From Salinispira sp. (GTDB lineage: Bacteria > Spirochaetota > Spirochaetia > DSM-27196 > Salinispiraceae): a stretch of DNA of 64,000 nt. The stretch covers positions 128,001 through 192,000 of the forward strand of contig CBDDDG010000021.1 in assembly GCA_965226555.1 (NCBI GenBank). The letters are read 5' to 3'. The translations under genes were made by a program, and so were the position numbers. The notes under the pieces were generated by a model. That model did no database searches. It had not been told where the DNA came from and saw only the letters and a list, made by a program, of their open reading frames with translations. Positions 19,567-28,738 of this stretch are shown piece by piece; within the stretch, counting starts at the first letter, position 1, and each line of letters opens with the position of its first letter.

Positions 19567-21024
19567 ATGAATATCAAATTATACAGGGGAATCCGTAGTC
19601 TATTCTGCGCGATGTGCATAGCATTAATTGCTGCATGTCCCATGCCGGAACCGGTTGCGGAACTAACCGCGCCGGGCACAATGGCTGCTCCAACCCTTGA
19701 AGTGAGGAATGGGTTGCTTGTTGCGACATGGACTGCGCCGGAAGATAACGGCGGCAGCCCCATTACCGGGTATGGACTGCAATATCGCACAGGCGATGAA
19801 GCATGGATGAAAATTAGCTCCGGCATCGGCACAAACACAAACTACACCATTATGGAGCTGACAAACGGCAGTACCTACAAGGTACAGGTACGCGCTGTCA
19901 ATGAAATCGGCGCTGGCGACTGGTCGGAATCTGCCACTGCAACCCCTTTCGTGCCGGATGCCCCGCGGCTCATCGCGGAAAGTAAGCAGCTTGTTGTTGA
20001 ATGGACTGCCGCGAACAATGCTGCCATTACCGGGTATGAGCTGCAATATAGTTCTAATGGCGGAACCACATGGACATTAATTAAAGACTCCGATATTACC
20101 GGCACAGACCACATCATTACCGACCTGACAAACGGCAGTACCTACGAAGTGCAGGTGCGCGCCGTCATCAACGCGCAGGGCGCGGGTGAATGGTCTGCAT
20201 CCGCAACAGCAATGCTGCCGAGTTTTACGACACAGGTTCCTGCGGGAACAGCAGCGTCCTCAATTCTTTCGAATGATATTGATACCCTCGTTACCACTGA
20301 GAATCTCGTTGTTTTTTTGACGACAGTGGTCCCGGGCACTCTCACGGTCGATGAAGTGTCAGGAGACATGACAGTCACCCCCGCAACGGCGCCCGCAGAT
20401 GTTACCATTCCGCTGGTTAATGTGACTACCGGACTTATTACCGTTACCGCAGATACAACGGCAGGAACATATCTGGTATACGGCAAAAACGGAAGCGAAG
20501 ATGTACGCTTTGCCGAATATTTTTTTGTTACCCTGAGTCCAACAACTAACGCTGAACTGAGCGCAGCGGTAACGACGGGGATATCAAACTGGGGCAATAC
20601 TGCCGATCTCAACTACATTAGTACCGCTGCAGTAACGGATATGTCTAGCATTTTCAATAGTAAAACCTCATTCAATGGCGATATCTCCGGCTGGGATGTC
20701 AGCGCGGTAACGAATATGTTTCAGATGTTCAATAACGCAAGCGCATTCAATGGCGATATCTCCGCTTGGGATGTCGGTTCGGTAACGATTACAACCCAGA
20801 TGTTCAATAGCGCTGCTACATTCAATATCGATATCTCCGGCTGGGATGTCGGCTCGTTAACGACTATGCCCTTTATGTTCAATTCTGCAATCGCATTCAA
20901 TGTCGATCTTGAGGAGTGGAAGGATCATTGGACGCTCGATGGCGATGGAAAATATACCGGAACCATAGTAAGTATGTTTGATGGTTCCGGTGTGACAGGT
21001 GATCTGATTCCGTCATGGTATTAG
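19567..21024 (+). CDS. Fn3 + DUF285/BspA-like repeat surface lipoprotein
   Basis: AAGGAGG RBS, lipobox LIAAC, two Fn3 domains, FNGDISGWDVS repeats, terminal PSWY. Confidence 0.88.
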   Translation: MNIKLYRGIRSLFCAMCIALIAACPMPEPVAELTAPGTMAAPTLEVRNGLLVATWTAPEDNGGSPITGYGLQYRTGDEAWMKISSGIGTNTNYTIMELTNGSTYKVQVRAVNEIGAGDWSESATATPFVPDAPRLIAESKQLVVEWTAANNAAITGYELQYSSNGGTTWTLIKDSDITGTDHIITDLTNGSTYEVQVRAVINAQGAGEWSASATAMLPSFTTQVPAGTAASSILSNDIDTLVTTENLVVFLTTVVPGTLTVDEVSGDMTVTPATAPADVTIPLVNVTTGLITVTADTTAGTYLVYGKNGSEDVRFAEYFFVTLSPTTNAELSAAVTTGISNWGNTADLNYISTAAVTDMSSIFNSKTSFNGDISGWDVSAVTNMFQMFNNASAFNGDISAWDVGSVTITTQMFNSAATFNIDISGWDVGSLTTMPFMFNSAIAFNVDLEEWKDHWTLDGDGKYTGTIVSMFDGSGVTGDLIPSWY

Positions 21025-21157
21025 TTTCATAGCCCGCAGTGGCTAATGAAACGCTGCAATTCAACCTCAGGCAGGCATGGGGCTGAGTGCGCCCTCACGC
21101 CGTTTTTATGCAAAGGTTTCTCAGAAAACTGCCACACTTCTCGAAGAGGAATATTGT

Positions 21158-21865
21158 ATGGAAAATACGTTATTTGATCACGAAACACTCTCCAAAACAG
21201 AGACGGCAAAAACGGATGTCAGCGGATACTCGCTCTATAACCCGATAATAAAGCAGCGAGAGAGAAAAAATACCTTATTGGTAGATGGATTTCCGTATCC
21301 GCCTCTTCCGAGTATGAAATATGACATTATTTATGCCGATCCGCCTTGGCATTACAACGGCAAGGTGCAGTTCGATAAATCTCTGGTAAAGAAGGAAAAT
21401 CCACATTATCAGAAACATATATTCGTTAGTTTGGCAAGCTTCAAATATCCAACAGTCAAAACACAGGAGCTGGCAAAAATACCTGTTCACACTATTGCGG
21501 AAGATAATTGTCTTTTATTTCTATGGACAACGAACCCGCACTTGGCGCAGGCCATAGAATTGGGCAGGGCATGGGGGTTTGAATATAAAACCGTGGCCTT
21601 TGTGTGGCATAAGCACAATCATAATCCGGGGCAGTACACCCTGTCATATTGCGAATTATGCCTGTTGTTCAAAAAGGGAAAAATACCCTGCCCGCGATGG
21701 GCGCGAAATGTTAAACAATTTTTACGCGCGCCGAGAACAGAACACAGCAAAAAACCTGTAGAAATTGCGCGCAACATTACAAAGATGTTTCCAACACAGA
21801 AAAAAATAGAATTATTTGCGCGGCAGCGTTTTGATAATTGGGACGCCTGGGGGCTGGAAATATAA
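21158..21865 (+). CDS. MT-A70-family adenine methyltransferase, orphan
   Basis: YDIIYADPPW, LFLWTT, WGFEYKT, HSKKP and IELFAR motifs. Confidence 0.92.
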   Translation: MENTLFDHETLSKTETAKTDVSGYSLYNPIIKQRERKNTLLVDGFPYPPLPSMKYDIIYADPPWHYNGKVQFDKSLVKKENPHYQKHIFVSLASFKYPTVKTQELAKIPVHTIAEDNCLLFLWTTNPHLAQAIELGRAWGFEYKTVAFVWHKHNHNPGQYTLSYCELCLLFKKGKIPCPRWARNVKQFLRAPRTEHSKKPVEIARNITKMFPTQKKIELFARQRFDNWDAWGLEI

Positions 21866-21994
21866 CATATGGGATCGGATGTATTTCTGAACTATAATCA
21901 TTTCAATACATACTTAAAACCCTTGCTTTAACCTTACTGACATGAACACAGCAAAGAATACCGCAGATTTTCTTGAACAGTACTTTGCCGCTCG

Positions 21995-22143
21995 GCCTGG
22001 CGCGCCCATGCGTCCGGGAAAATCCGTGCCTGCCTTTTTTCGATAGAGACAGGCTGGTCGGAGGCTTGCGCGCATCTTGGGCTGGTCGGAGGCTGCGCCT
22101 CCTGCTCGCCTATGCGCATCCGGCTTGCCATGCGTCCGGGCTG
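21995..22143. repeat. Mosaic REP-like repeat cluster (same family as 12572-12770, inverted)
   Basis: AAAATCCGTGCCTGCCTTTTTTCGAT and GGCTGGTCGGAGGCT x2. Confidence 0.8.
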
Positions 22144-22522
22144 ATCAAACAGTAATATCTCAAAATAATAAAACCTTCTCATATTCACCATTCATATTTT
22201 ACCCGTCTATATGGTATGAGCAAAAAATATATCGATATGGTACATGATAAAAGCTGGAAATATGCTTTTGAAAATCCTCAGATATTCTGGAACTTCATAT
22301 ATTCATATTTCAACAAAGACCTCGCGCGGAGCATTGTTCCCGGGATCGTGCGTCAATACACCCTATAATACAGGGCGAATTCAACCATACGCTCACCCCA
22401 TTCCTGCCCACTCATCCCTCCTTCCCCCATCCCTGAAAAAAATCACAACATTCTTTCAAATTCTCTCAAAATACATAGTCAAGAATGACATTTTACCCGT
22501 TATAGATGTAAGAGGAATGTTT

Positions 22523-23602
22523 ATGAAAAAATCATCCCACAGCAAAGTCCATATCCATGACCTAGCCTTCAAGATCGCCTACTACAGAACCCCCCGGCTG
22601 ATTCCCGACCTGCTGGGACTGTTCTGTGAGGATACAACGCTTGCCAAGCTGGATCTGGACAAAATCCGCATTGAAACCCCCAGCTACATTGCGGGAAAAA
22701 AGAACCTTCACTGCGATCTCGTTGTCAGCGCCCCCTTCCTGTCAGACCCCGACCGGAAGGCCCTGTTCATTATTGAACATAAAAGCTACCTGCACAAACA
22801 CGTTCTCACACAGATTGATGACTATCAATATGCCCTCAGAAACAGCAATGTGTACAATGAAAATGATGCTATCTATATACTGCTGCTCTACCATGGAAAA
22901 AAGGAATGGAACCTCCCGCTCACATTTTACAGTTCGCATGGAAATGCTGCTTCCGAATCCATGATCGAAGGCACGGTAGATGTCAAGGTGAAAGTATCGT
23001 ACGTTGTGCGCGATCTGAGGCGAATGACAAAGAAGCAGTTGGCATGGCGTTTCGATGGAAAACGATATACATCGACTGCGTTGTGGTATATAATGCGAGA
23101 TAATGAGATGGATGCTGAGGGGCTGAAAGAAATTGCGCAGCTCCTGAACGGTCTGTCATCACAAGACTTTACTGATCTGGCAGAGAGTGTGCTAGGTTAT
23201 CTGAAAGATCTAGATCCAAAACTGTATGAACAGTTTGAGAAAATTGACAGGGAATTATATCCTGAAGGAGAAAACAGTATGCGGACATATAACATTACCA
23301 ACGCCTTTGTCAGGGAAGGCATTGCGAAGGGCCGTGTTGAAGGTCTTGAGCAGGGAATGGAGAAAGGTATTCTGAAAGGAATGGAGAAAGGTATTCTGAA
23401 AGGTCGTGTTGAAGGGCTTGAGCAGGGTATCACAAAGGGCCGACAGGAAGGACTTCAGGAAGGCCGCGCTGAGGGGCATATTGAGGAGCGGAGAAAAAAC
23501 GCCCGCAGTATGTTTTTGGAAGGGTTGTCGACCGATGCTGTTCAGAGGATTACCGGGCTGAGCGATGAGGAAATGCGGACAGTGCGGAACGGATCGCATT
23601 AA
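22523..23602 (+). CDS. Rpn-family recombination-promoting nuclease / putative transposase (PD-(D/E)XK)
   Basis: HDLAFK, CDLV, IIEHKS, LLYHGKKEW, (E/K)G repeats and C-terminal RITGLS. Confidence 0.9.
   Translation: MKKSSHSKVHIHDLAFKIAYYRTPRLIPDLLGLFCEDTTLAKLDLDKIRIETPSYIAGKKNLHCDLVVSAPFLSDPDRKALFIIEHKSYLHKHVLTQIDDYQYALRNSNVYNENDAIYILLLYHGKKEWNLPLTFYSSHGNAASESMIEGTVDVKVKVSYVVRDLRRMTKKQLAWRFDGKRYTSTALWYIMRDNEMDAEGLKEIAQLLNGLSSQDFTDLAESVLGYLKDLDPKLYEQFEKIDRELYPEGENSMRTYNITNAFVREGIAKGRVEGLEQGMEKGILKGMEKGILKGRVEGLEQGITKGRQEGLQEGRAEGHIEERRKNARSMFLEGLSTDAVQRITGLSDEEMRTVRNGSH
23279..23602 (+). CDS. Putative intragenic small protein (RpnS-like antitoxin), in frame within the Rpn gene
   Basis: GAAGGAG at 23264-23270, 8 nt before the in-frame ATG at 23279 that precedes the EG-repeat tail. 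Confidence 0.6.
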   Translation: MRTYNITNAFVREGIAKGRVEGLEQGMEKGILKGMEKGILKGRVEGLEQGITKGRQEGLQEGRAEGHIEERRKNARSMFLEGLSTDAVQRITGLSDEEMRTVRNGSH

Positions 23603-23604
23603 TT

Positions 23605-23703
23605 GGCGTTGCAGGCCTGCTCGCCCAAGCGACTGTTGCTGAGAGGTCGGAGGCTTGCGCCTCCTGGGCTGGTCGGCGCTCCGCGCCTGCTCGTCATGCA
23701 TCC
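23605..23703. repeat. Mosaic REP-like repeat cluster immediately after the Rpn gene
   Basis: TGCTCGCCCAAGCGACTGTTGCTGAGA and GGTCGGAGGCTTGCGC match modules at 12.6 kb and 22.0 kb. Confidence 0.8.
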
Positions 23704-23783
23704 GATCTGCTCAAATGTTTATTTCCCACAAAACTCATTGAAGCTTTTGCATTTTTCAAAACTTTTTGCTATACATATCTGTT

Positions 23784-25301
23784 ATGAACATTATTATGCT
23801 GAGCAGCGAAGTATTTCCCTTTGCAAAGGCCGGCGGGCTTGGAGATGTCGTCCCTCAATTAAGTGAGGAACTCTCCCGATCAGGCAATACGGTGAAAATT
23901 CTCATGCCGCGTTATAAGCTTGTTGAAACATCCGGGCTGAACCTTCTGCCCATTTCGCTTCACATACCACTCGCGGGGAAGAATTTTCACATCAAACTCT
24001 ATTCCTCCTTTCTGGAACAGGGAACCGAAGTATTTTTCCTCGAACATGCGGAGCTCTTTGCTTCGCGGGGTTTGTATGCCGATGAGGCCGGAACCGAGTA
24101 CCCCGATAACCTTCTTCGCTTCACCATACTTTCGGAGGCCGTATTTCCCCTCTGTAGAAAACTCGGCTGGTACCCCGACATCATCCATGCCCACGACTGG
24201 CATGCTGCCCTGAGCATGAGCCGCGCGCGCGATGAAACCGATTTCTCCGAAACCGCATCAATTTTTTCCATTCACAACATCGGCTATCAGGGAATATTCG
24301 ATATCGAAAAACTCTCCGATATCGGAATGTCCAACGAAGAATATCATGAGCGCGGTCTGGCATATCACGGAAAAATCTGTTTGCTGCAATCGGCGCTCAG
24401 CTGTGCCGATTATATTACGACCGTTTCACCGACATATGCCGATGAAATACTCGGCGACACCTTCGGTTTCGGTATGCAGAACATTCTCAGAAAGCGGAGG
24501 AACCGGCTAATAGGCATTCTCAACGGAGCCGACTACAGGCTCTGGAATCCTGCTGCCGATACCATGATTCCGCATCACTATGACCATGAAAACCCCGAAG
24601 CGAAGACCCTCAACAAAACCTTTGCGCAGGAAACATATGGACTGAAAATTGATCATGAACTACCGCTTGTCGGCATTGTTTCGCGTCTGGTGGAGCAGAA
24701 GGGCTTTCGTTTTTTACTTGGCAATAGGGGGCAGCATCTCCTGAACATACTTAATGAACTCAAGCTCCAGTTCATTGTTCTTGGAACAGGCGATAAGCAA
24801 ATTGAAGAAGATTTTCAGCGCATCGCCGCTGATCGGAACGATATTGCCGTTATTATCAATTATGATGAGTCCCTGAGTCATCTGATCCAGGCCGCTTCCG
24901 ACTTCTTTCTCGTTCCTTCCCTCTATGAACCCTGCGGACTCACGCAAATATATGCTCTCCGCTATGGCTCCTTACCCATTGTCAGTAGAACCGGCGGTCT
25001 TCTTGACACGGTGAACGACATTAATGAAAATCCTGAAATCGGCACGGGAATTCTCATCGGCGGGAACAGCGACGACACTGCCGACAGCGTCGGCAAGCCC
25101 GATACCGTGGTGACCGAGGGCACTATTTTTCATGCCCTCCAACAGGCCGCGGATGTGTGGCAGGATCATCAGCGTTATTACGGCGGCAGAATTCGGGCAA
25201 TGCATCAGCATTTCGGCTGGGAAGAATCGGCGCAGCAGTACCAGCAGGTCTATGACAAAGCATGCTGGCAGAGAACTGCGCGAGGTGAGGTGGAGAAATG
25301 A
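23784..25301 (+). CDS. glgA: Glycogen synthase
   Basis: KAGGLGDV, HAHDWH, TVSPTYA and PSLYEPCGL motifs. Confidence 0.95.
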   Translation: MNIIMLSSEVFPFAKAGGLGDVVPQLSEELSRSGNTVKILMPRYKLVETSGLNLLPISLHIPLAGKNFHIKLYSSFLEQGTEVFFLEHAELFASRGLYADEAGTEYPDNLLRFTILSEAVFPLCRKLGWYPDIIHAHDWHAALSMSRARDETDFSETASIFSIHNIGYQGIFDIEKLSDIGMSNEEYHERGLAYHGKICLLQSALSCADYITTVSPTYADEILGDTFGFGMQNILRKRRNRLIGILNGADYRLWNPAADTMIPHHYDHENPEAKTLNKTFAQETYGLKIDHELPLVGIVSRLVEQKGFRFLLGNRGQHLLNILNELKLQFIVLGTGDKQIEEDFQRIAADRNDIAVIINYDESLSHLIQAASDFFLVPSLYEPCGLTQIYALRYGSLPIVSRTGGLLDTVNDINENPEIGTGILIGGNSDDTADSVGKPDTVVTEGTIFHALQQAADVWQDHQRYYGGRIRAMHQHFGWEESAQQYQQVYDKACWQRTARGEVEK

Positions 25302-26638
25302 AGGGACGTCTTAAAATTACGTTTATGGGCGCAGGCAGCACGATCTTTCTGAAGAACATTATTGGCGATACATTCATGTTTGAATGTCTTCAGGAATGTG
25401 ATATTGCTCTCTATGATATTGATGAATTGCGCTTGAAGGAATCGCAGGGTGTTATTGAAGCCCTGAATACTATTATCAATAAGGGACGCGCCCGCATATT
25501 CACATTTTCAGGAGCTGCCCAACGGAAAGAGGCGCTGCGCGATGCCCATTTTGTCTGTAATGCGATTCAGGTAGGAGGATATGAACCTGCTACTGTTATC
25601 GACTTTGATATACCGAAAAAATACGGTCTCATGCAGACCATTGGCGATACTCACGGTATTGGCGGTATTTTCCGCGCTCTCCGTACTATTCCGGTTATGC
25701 TGGATTTTGCGCGCGATATGGAAGAAGTCTGCCCCAATGCCCTCTTTCTGAACTACACCAATCCGATGGCCATGGTAACCGCAGCCCTCCGTCAGGCATC
25801 ATCTGTCCCTTCAGTAGGGCTGTGCCATTCTGTTCAAGTCTGTGTTCCCGACCTGCTGAAATCGCTCAATATGAACATACAGAATCCTCAGTGGAAAATT
25901 GCCGGTATTAATCATACTGCCTGGCTTCTGGAGATCGCTGACGGCGGCAGGGATCTATACCCCGAAATACGCCGCCGCGCAGCCGAAAAGAACAGCATTG
26001 CTCTCAGGAAGGGAGAAAAACATAACGATATGCTTCGTTTTGAGTTAATGAAACTATTCGGCTATTACGTAACCGAATCCTCCGAGCACAACGCAGAATA
26101 CACGCAGTACTGGATTCGCCGCGATGCGGAAGACCTCATTGAACGCTTCAATATCCCCCTCAATGAGTATCCCCGCCGCTGCCGTGAACAGATCGCTGCG
26201 TGGAAAAGTCTCAGGGAAGGGCTCATTCGGGGTGAGGGACTAACACATGAATTAAGCCGTGAGTATGGAGCGCGGATCATGAATGCAATGGTGAGTGGAA
26301 ACACCTGCGCAATTCACGGCAACATCATGAACACTCCCGGGTATATTGCCAACCTTCCCCGAGAGGCTGTGGTTGAGGTTCTCTGCATGGTCGATGCAAA
26401 CGGAATTCACGGAACATATGCGGGAAATCTTCCGCCGCAATGCGCCTCCCTGAATCGTAACAATATTAATGTACAAATCATGACGGTTGAGGCAGCCCTC
26501 AGTCGGAAAAAAGAAGCTGTATATCAGGCAGCCCTCCTCGATCCGCATACATCGGCTGAACTTCCACCCGAGAAAATTATCGCTCTCTGCAATGAACTCC
26601 TCAATGCCCACCGCCAATGGCTTCCCGAGTATCGCTAA
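25298..26638 (+). CDS. melA: GH4 alpha-galactosidase/alpha-glucosidase
   Basis: KITFMGAGS, QTIGDTHGIGG, LNYTNPM, GLCHSVQ, GINH and TESSEH motifs. Confidence 0.88.
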   Translation: MKGRLKITFMGAGSTIFLKNIIGDTFMFECLQECDIALYDIDELRLKESQGVIEALNTIINKGRARIFTFSGAAQRKEALRDAHFVCNAIQVGGYEPATVIDFDIPKKYGLMQTIGDTHGIGGIFRALRTIPVMLDFARDMEEVCPNALFLNYTNPMAMVTAALRQASSVPSVGLCHSVQVCVPDLLKSLNMNIQNPQWKIAGINHTAWLLEIADGGRDLYPEIRRRAAEKNSIALRKGEKHNDMLRFELMKLFGYYVTESSEHNAEYTQYWIRRDAEDLIERFNIPLNEYPRRCREQIAAWKSLREGLIRGEGLTHELSREYGARIMNAMVSGNTCAIHGNIMNTPGYIANLPREAVVEVLCMVDANGIHGTYAGNLPPQCASLNRNNINVQIMTVEAALSRKKEAVYQAALLDPHTSAELPPEKIIALCNELLNAHRQWLPEYR

Positions 26639-26722
26639 TCATATTGTTGACAAAGCGCCGAAATCTAATCATATTACCAGCAGAATAACAGAAAATTTTA
26701 TGGATGTGGGTTTCACAGATAA

Positions 26723-26767
26723 GGCGCGTGGACGCTGGCGGCCATAAGACCGCCGCGTGCCAGCGCC
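26723..26767. other. Long bulged GC-rich hairpin between convergent genes (terminator-like or sRNA 3' stem)
   Basis: GGCGC-TGG-ACGC-GGCGG pairs with CCGCC-GCGT-CCA-GCGCC. Confidence 0.6.
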
Positions 26768-26774
26768 AGTTTGG

Positions 26775-27224
26775 CTACTCCGTGTCTCCTCCCTCCTTGG
26801 GATTCGCTCCATAGCGGTTTTCTCCCGGCTGACTATCCTGACACATAAAGACCAGCAAAATAATGCCGGCAATGGCAGGAGGAAAAAAGAAACCAAAGGC
26901 TCCTCCGAAGTTGCCAAGGAGAGGCATGAGCGAAAAATCATTCGAAACAAAAATGATCGTTCCAACAATTGCAGTAATAAGTACTGTAATTATCAAAAGC
27001 AATGTCCACAAGCCGCTCCGACCGGTATCGTGAAGGCGACGCACTGACACAGCAAGGGTGGGTACAAGCACAAGCAGGGAATATAACCCTCCAAGGCTTG
27101 GTACTATGGCTGAAATAATGGAAGAGATTATGACGCTTATGAGAGTAAACATCCAATACTCTTTCCTCCGGGCTCGCCCGGCGAAAACTGCGTACTTCTT
27201 GAGTACTGAAATATAGTAATTCAT
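26775..27224 (-). CDS. DUF805 (YhaH-like) membrane protein
   Basis: KKYAVFAGRARRKEYW, VRRLHDTGRSG and NRYGANP motifs. Confidence 0.9.
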   Translation of the reverse strand: MNYYISVLKKYAVFAGRARRKEYWMFTLISVIISSIISAIVPSLGGLYSLLVLVPTLAVSVRRLHDTGRSGLWTLLLIITVLITAIVGTIIFVSNDFSLMPLLGNFGGAFGFFFPPAIAGIILLVFMCQDSQPGENRYGANPKEGGDTE

Positions 27225-27300
27225 GGCAGGTATTATCGCATAATAATAAAAAAGATGCAAGTGATTGTCTGTGGATTGATGGGAAAATTGATTCTATCGC

Positions 27301-27330
27301 TTGACAATATCCTGCCGCCTCTATTATAAT
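27301..27330 (+). promoter_or_regulatory. Consensus sigma70 promoter for the ABC ATPase gene
   Basis: TTGACA-18 nt-TATAAT, then GGAGG RBS before ATG 27365. Confidence 0.75.
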
Positions 27331-27364
27331 GCCGTCTTATAAAATAACTTGTGGAGGTTTCACA

Positions 27365-28462
27365 ATGGCTACTGTTGAATTGAAAAATGTCAACAAGATT
27401 TATGAAGGTAATGTTCATGCAGTGAAAGATGCGAATATTACTATTCAAGATAGAGAATTTGTCGTTCTTGTCGGTCCCTCAGGCTGCGGTAAGACGACTA
27501 CCCTTCGTATGGTAGCAGGACTTGAAGAGATATCAGCCGGTGAGCTTTATATTGATGAAAAGCTTGTTAATGATGTTCCCCCGAAGGATCGGGATATAGC
27601 GATGGTTTTTCAGAACTATGCGCTGTACCCTCATATGACTGTTTTTGATAATATGGCCTTTGGTCTCAAAATTCGTAAATACGAGAAACAGGAGATCCAA
27701 AAGCGGGTAGACGATGCAGCTGAGATTCTTGAAATAAAAGAGCTTCTCACTCGCCGTCCCAAGCAGCTTTCGGGTGGTCAGCGTCAGCGTGTCGCTGTCG
27801 GACGCGCTATTGTACGGCATCCGAAAGTCTTTCTCTTTGATGAGCCGCTTTCTAACCTCGATGCAAAGCTCAGAGTTCAAATGCGCGCTGAAATTTCTTC
27901 TCTTCACATACGGCTTCAGGCAACAATGATTTATGTTACTCATGATCAGGTTGAGGCAATGACTATGGGCGACAAGATTGTTGTTATGCGCGATGGTATC
28001 ATTCAGCAGATTGGCGATCCGCTCACGCTGTATAATGAGCCGGTAAACCGTTTTGTTGCGGGCTTTATGGGTTCTCCGCCGATGAATTTTATGACCGTTA
28101 ACGTAAAGAAAGACGGCAGTAAGATTATGATAGAAGAAGACGATTTCAGTCTTCATATCACCGGGAAGAATGCTGATGCAATTTCACCCTATGTCGACAA
28201 ATCTCTGGTTTTCGGTTTTCGGGCAGAAGATCTGGAATATAGCGCAAAGGCAGTAGCTGGTAAATCAATACCGGTATCTATCAGTGTTGTTGAACCGCTT
28301 GGAGCTGAAACCCATGTGTATGGAAATACATCGAATCACCAGATGATTGCCCGGGTAGAGTCGAACATCAAGATGGAAGTTGGAGAGCAAGCTCATTTTT
28401 GTCCTAATTTGGATAAGGTAATTTTCTTTGACATGGAGACAGATGCTTCAGTAAATCTCTGA
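27365..28462 (+). CDS. Sugar ABC transporter ATP-binding subunit (MsmK/MalK/UgpC family), stand-alone
   Basis: GPSGCGKT, MVFQNYALYPH, LSGGQRQR, DEPLSNLD and C-terminal VVEPLG. Confidence 0.95.
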   Translation: MATVELKNVNKIYEGNVHAVKDANITIQDREFVVLVGPSGCGKTTTLRMVAGLEEISAGELYIDEKLVNDVPPKDRDIAMVFQNYALYPHMTVFDNMAFGLKIRKYEKQEIQKRVDDAAEILEIKELLTRRPKQLSGGQRQRVAVGRAIVRHPKVFLFDEPLSNLDAKLRVQMRAEISSLHIRLQATMIYVTHDQVEAMTMGDKIVVMRDGIIQQIGDPLTLYNEPVNRFVAGFMGSPPMNFMTVNVKKDGSKIMIEEDDFSLHITGKNADAISPYVDKSLVFGFRAEDLEYSAKAVAGKSIPVSISVVEPLGAETHVYGNTSNHQMIARVESNIKMEVGEQAHFCPNLDKVIFFDMETDASVNL

Positions 28463-28489
28463 CAGCAGCATCTTCTGAGCAAAAAGAGC

Positions 28490-28521
28490 AAAAAACCACC
28501 TGAGATCAGGTGGTTTTTTTG
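28490..28521. terminator. Bidirectional Rho-independent terminator
   Basis: A-run-CCACCTGA-GA-TCAGGTGG-T-run. Confidence 0.9.
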
Positions 28522-28649
28522 TTTTATTGGGAAAAGAAATTTCAGAACATATCGGATTCATCAGGATAATAAAGCCTGAGGATATCTGCTGCGATGCTGT
28601 TCATTTTCACTTAGTTGAGCTCCATGTAAACGCCATTTATGCGCCGGCG

Positions 28650-28720
28650 TATAAATGGATTATAAATGGCGTATAAATGGCTTATAAATGGCTTATAAAT
28701 GGCTTATAAATGCGTATAAC
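28650..28720. repeat. 11-bp tandem repeat x6 (TATAAATGGCT)
   Basis: Units start at 28650, 28661, 28672, 28683, 28694, 28705; inverted partial copy GCCATTTAT at 28632-28640. Confidence 0.92.
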
Positions 28721-28738
28721 TTATGAGCGATATATAAG

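Noticed and set aside
22523..23602. Rpn gene as a bona fide IS element
   Set aside because: No terminal inverted repeats or target-site duplication seen, and Rpn proteins are not established transposases.
26723..26767. tRNA, SRP RNA or integron attC site
   Set aside because: No cloverleaf or TTCGA arm, no SRP GGAA-loop motif, no RYYYAAC/GTTRRRY boxes, and no integrase.
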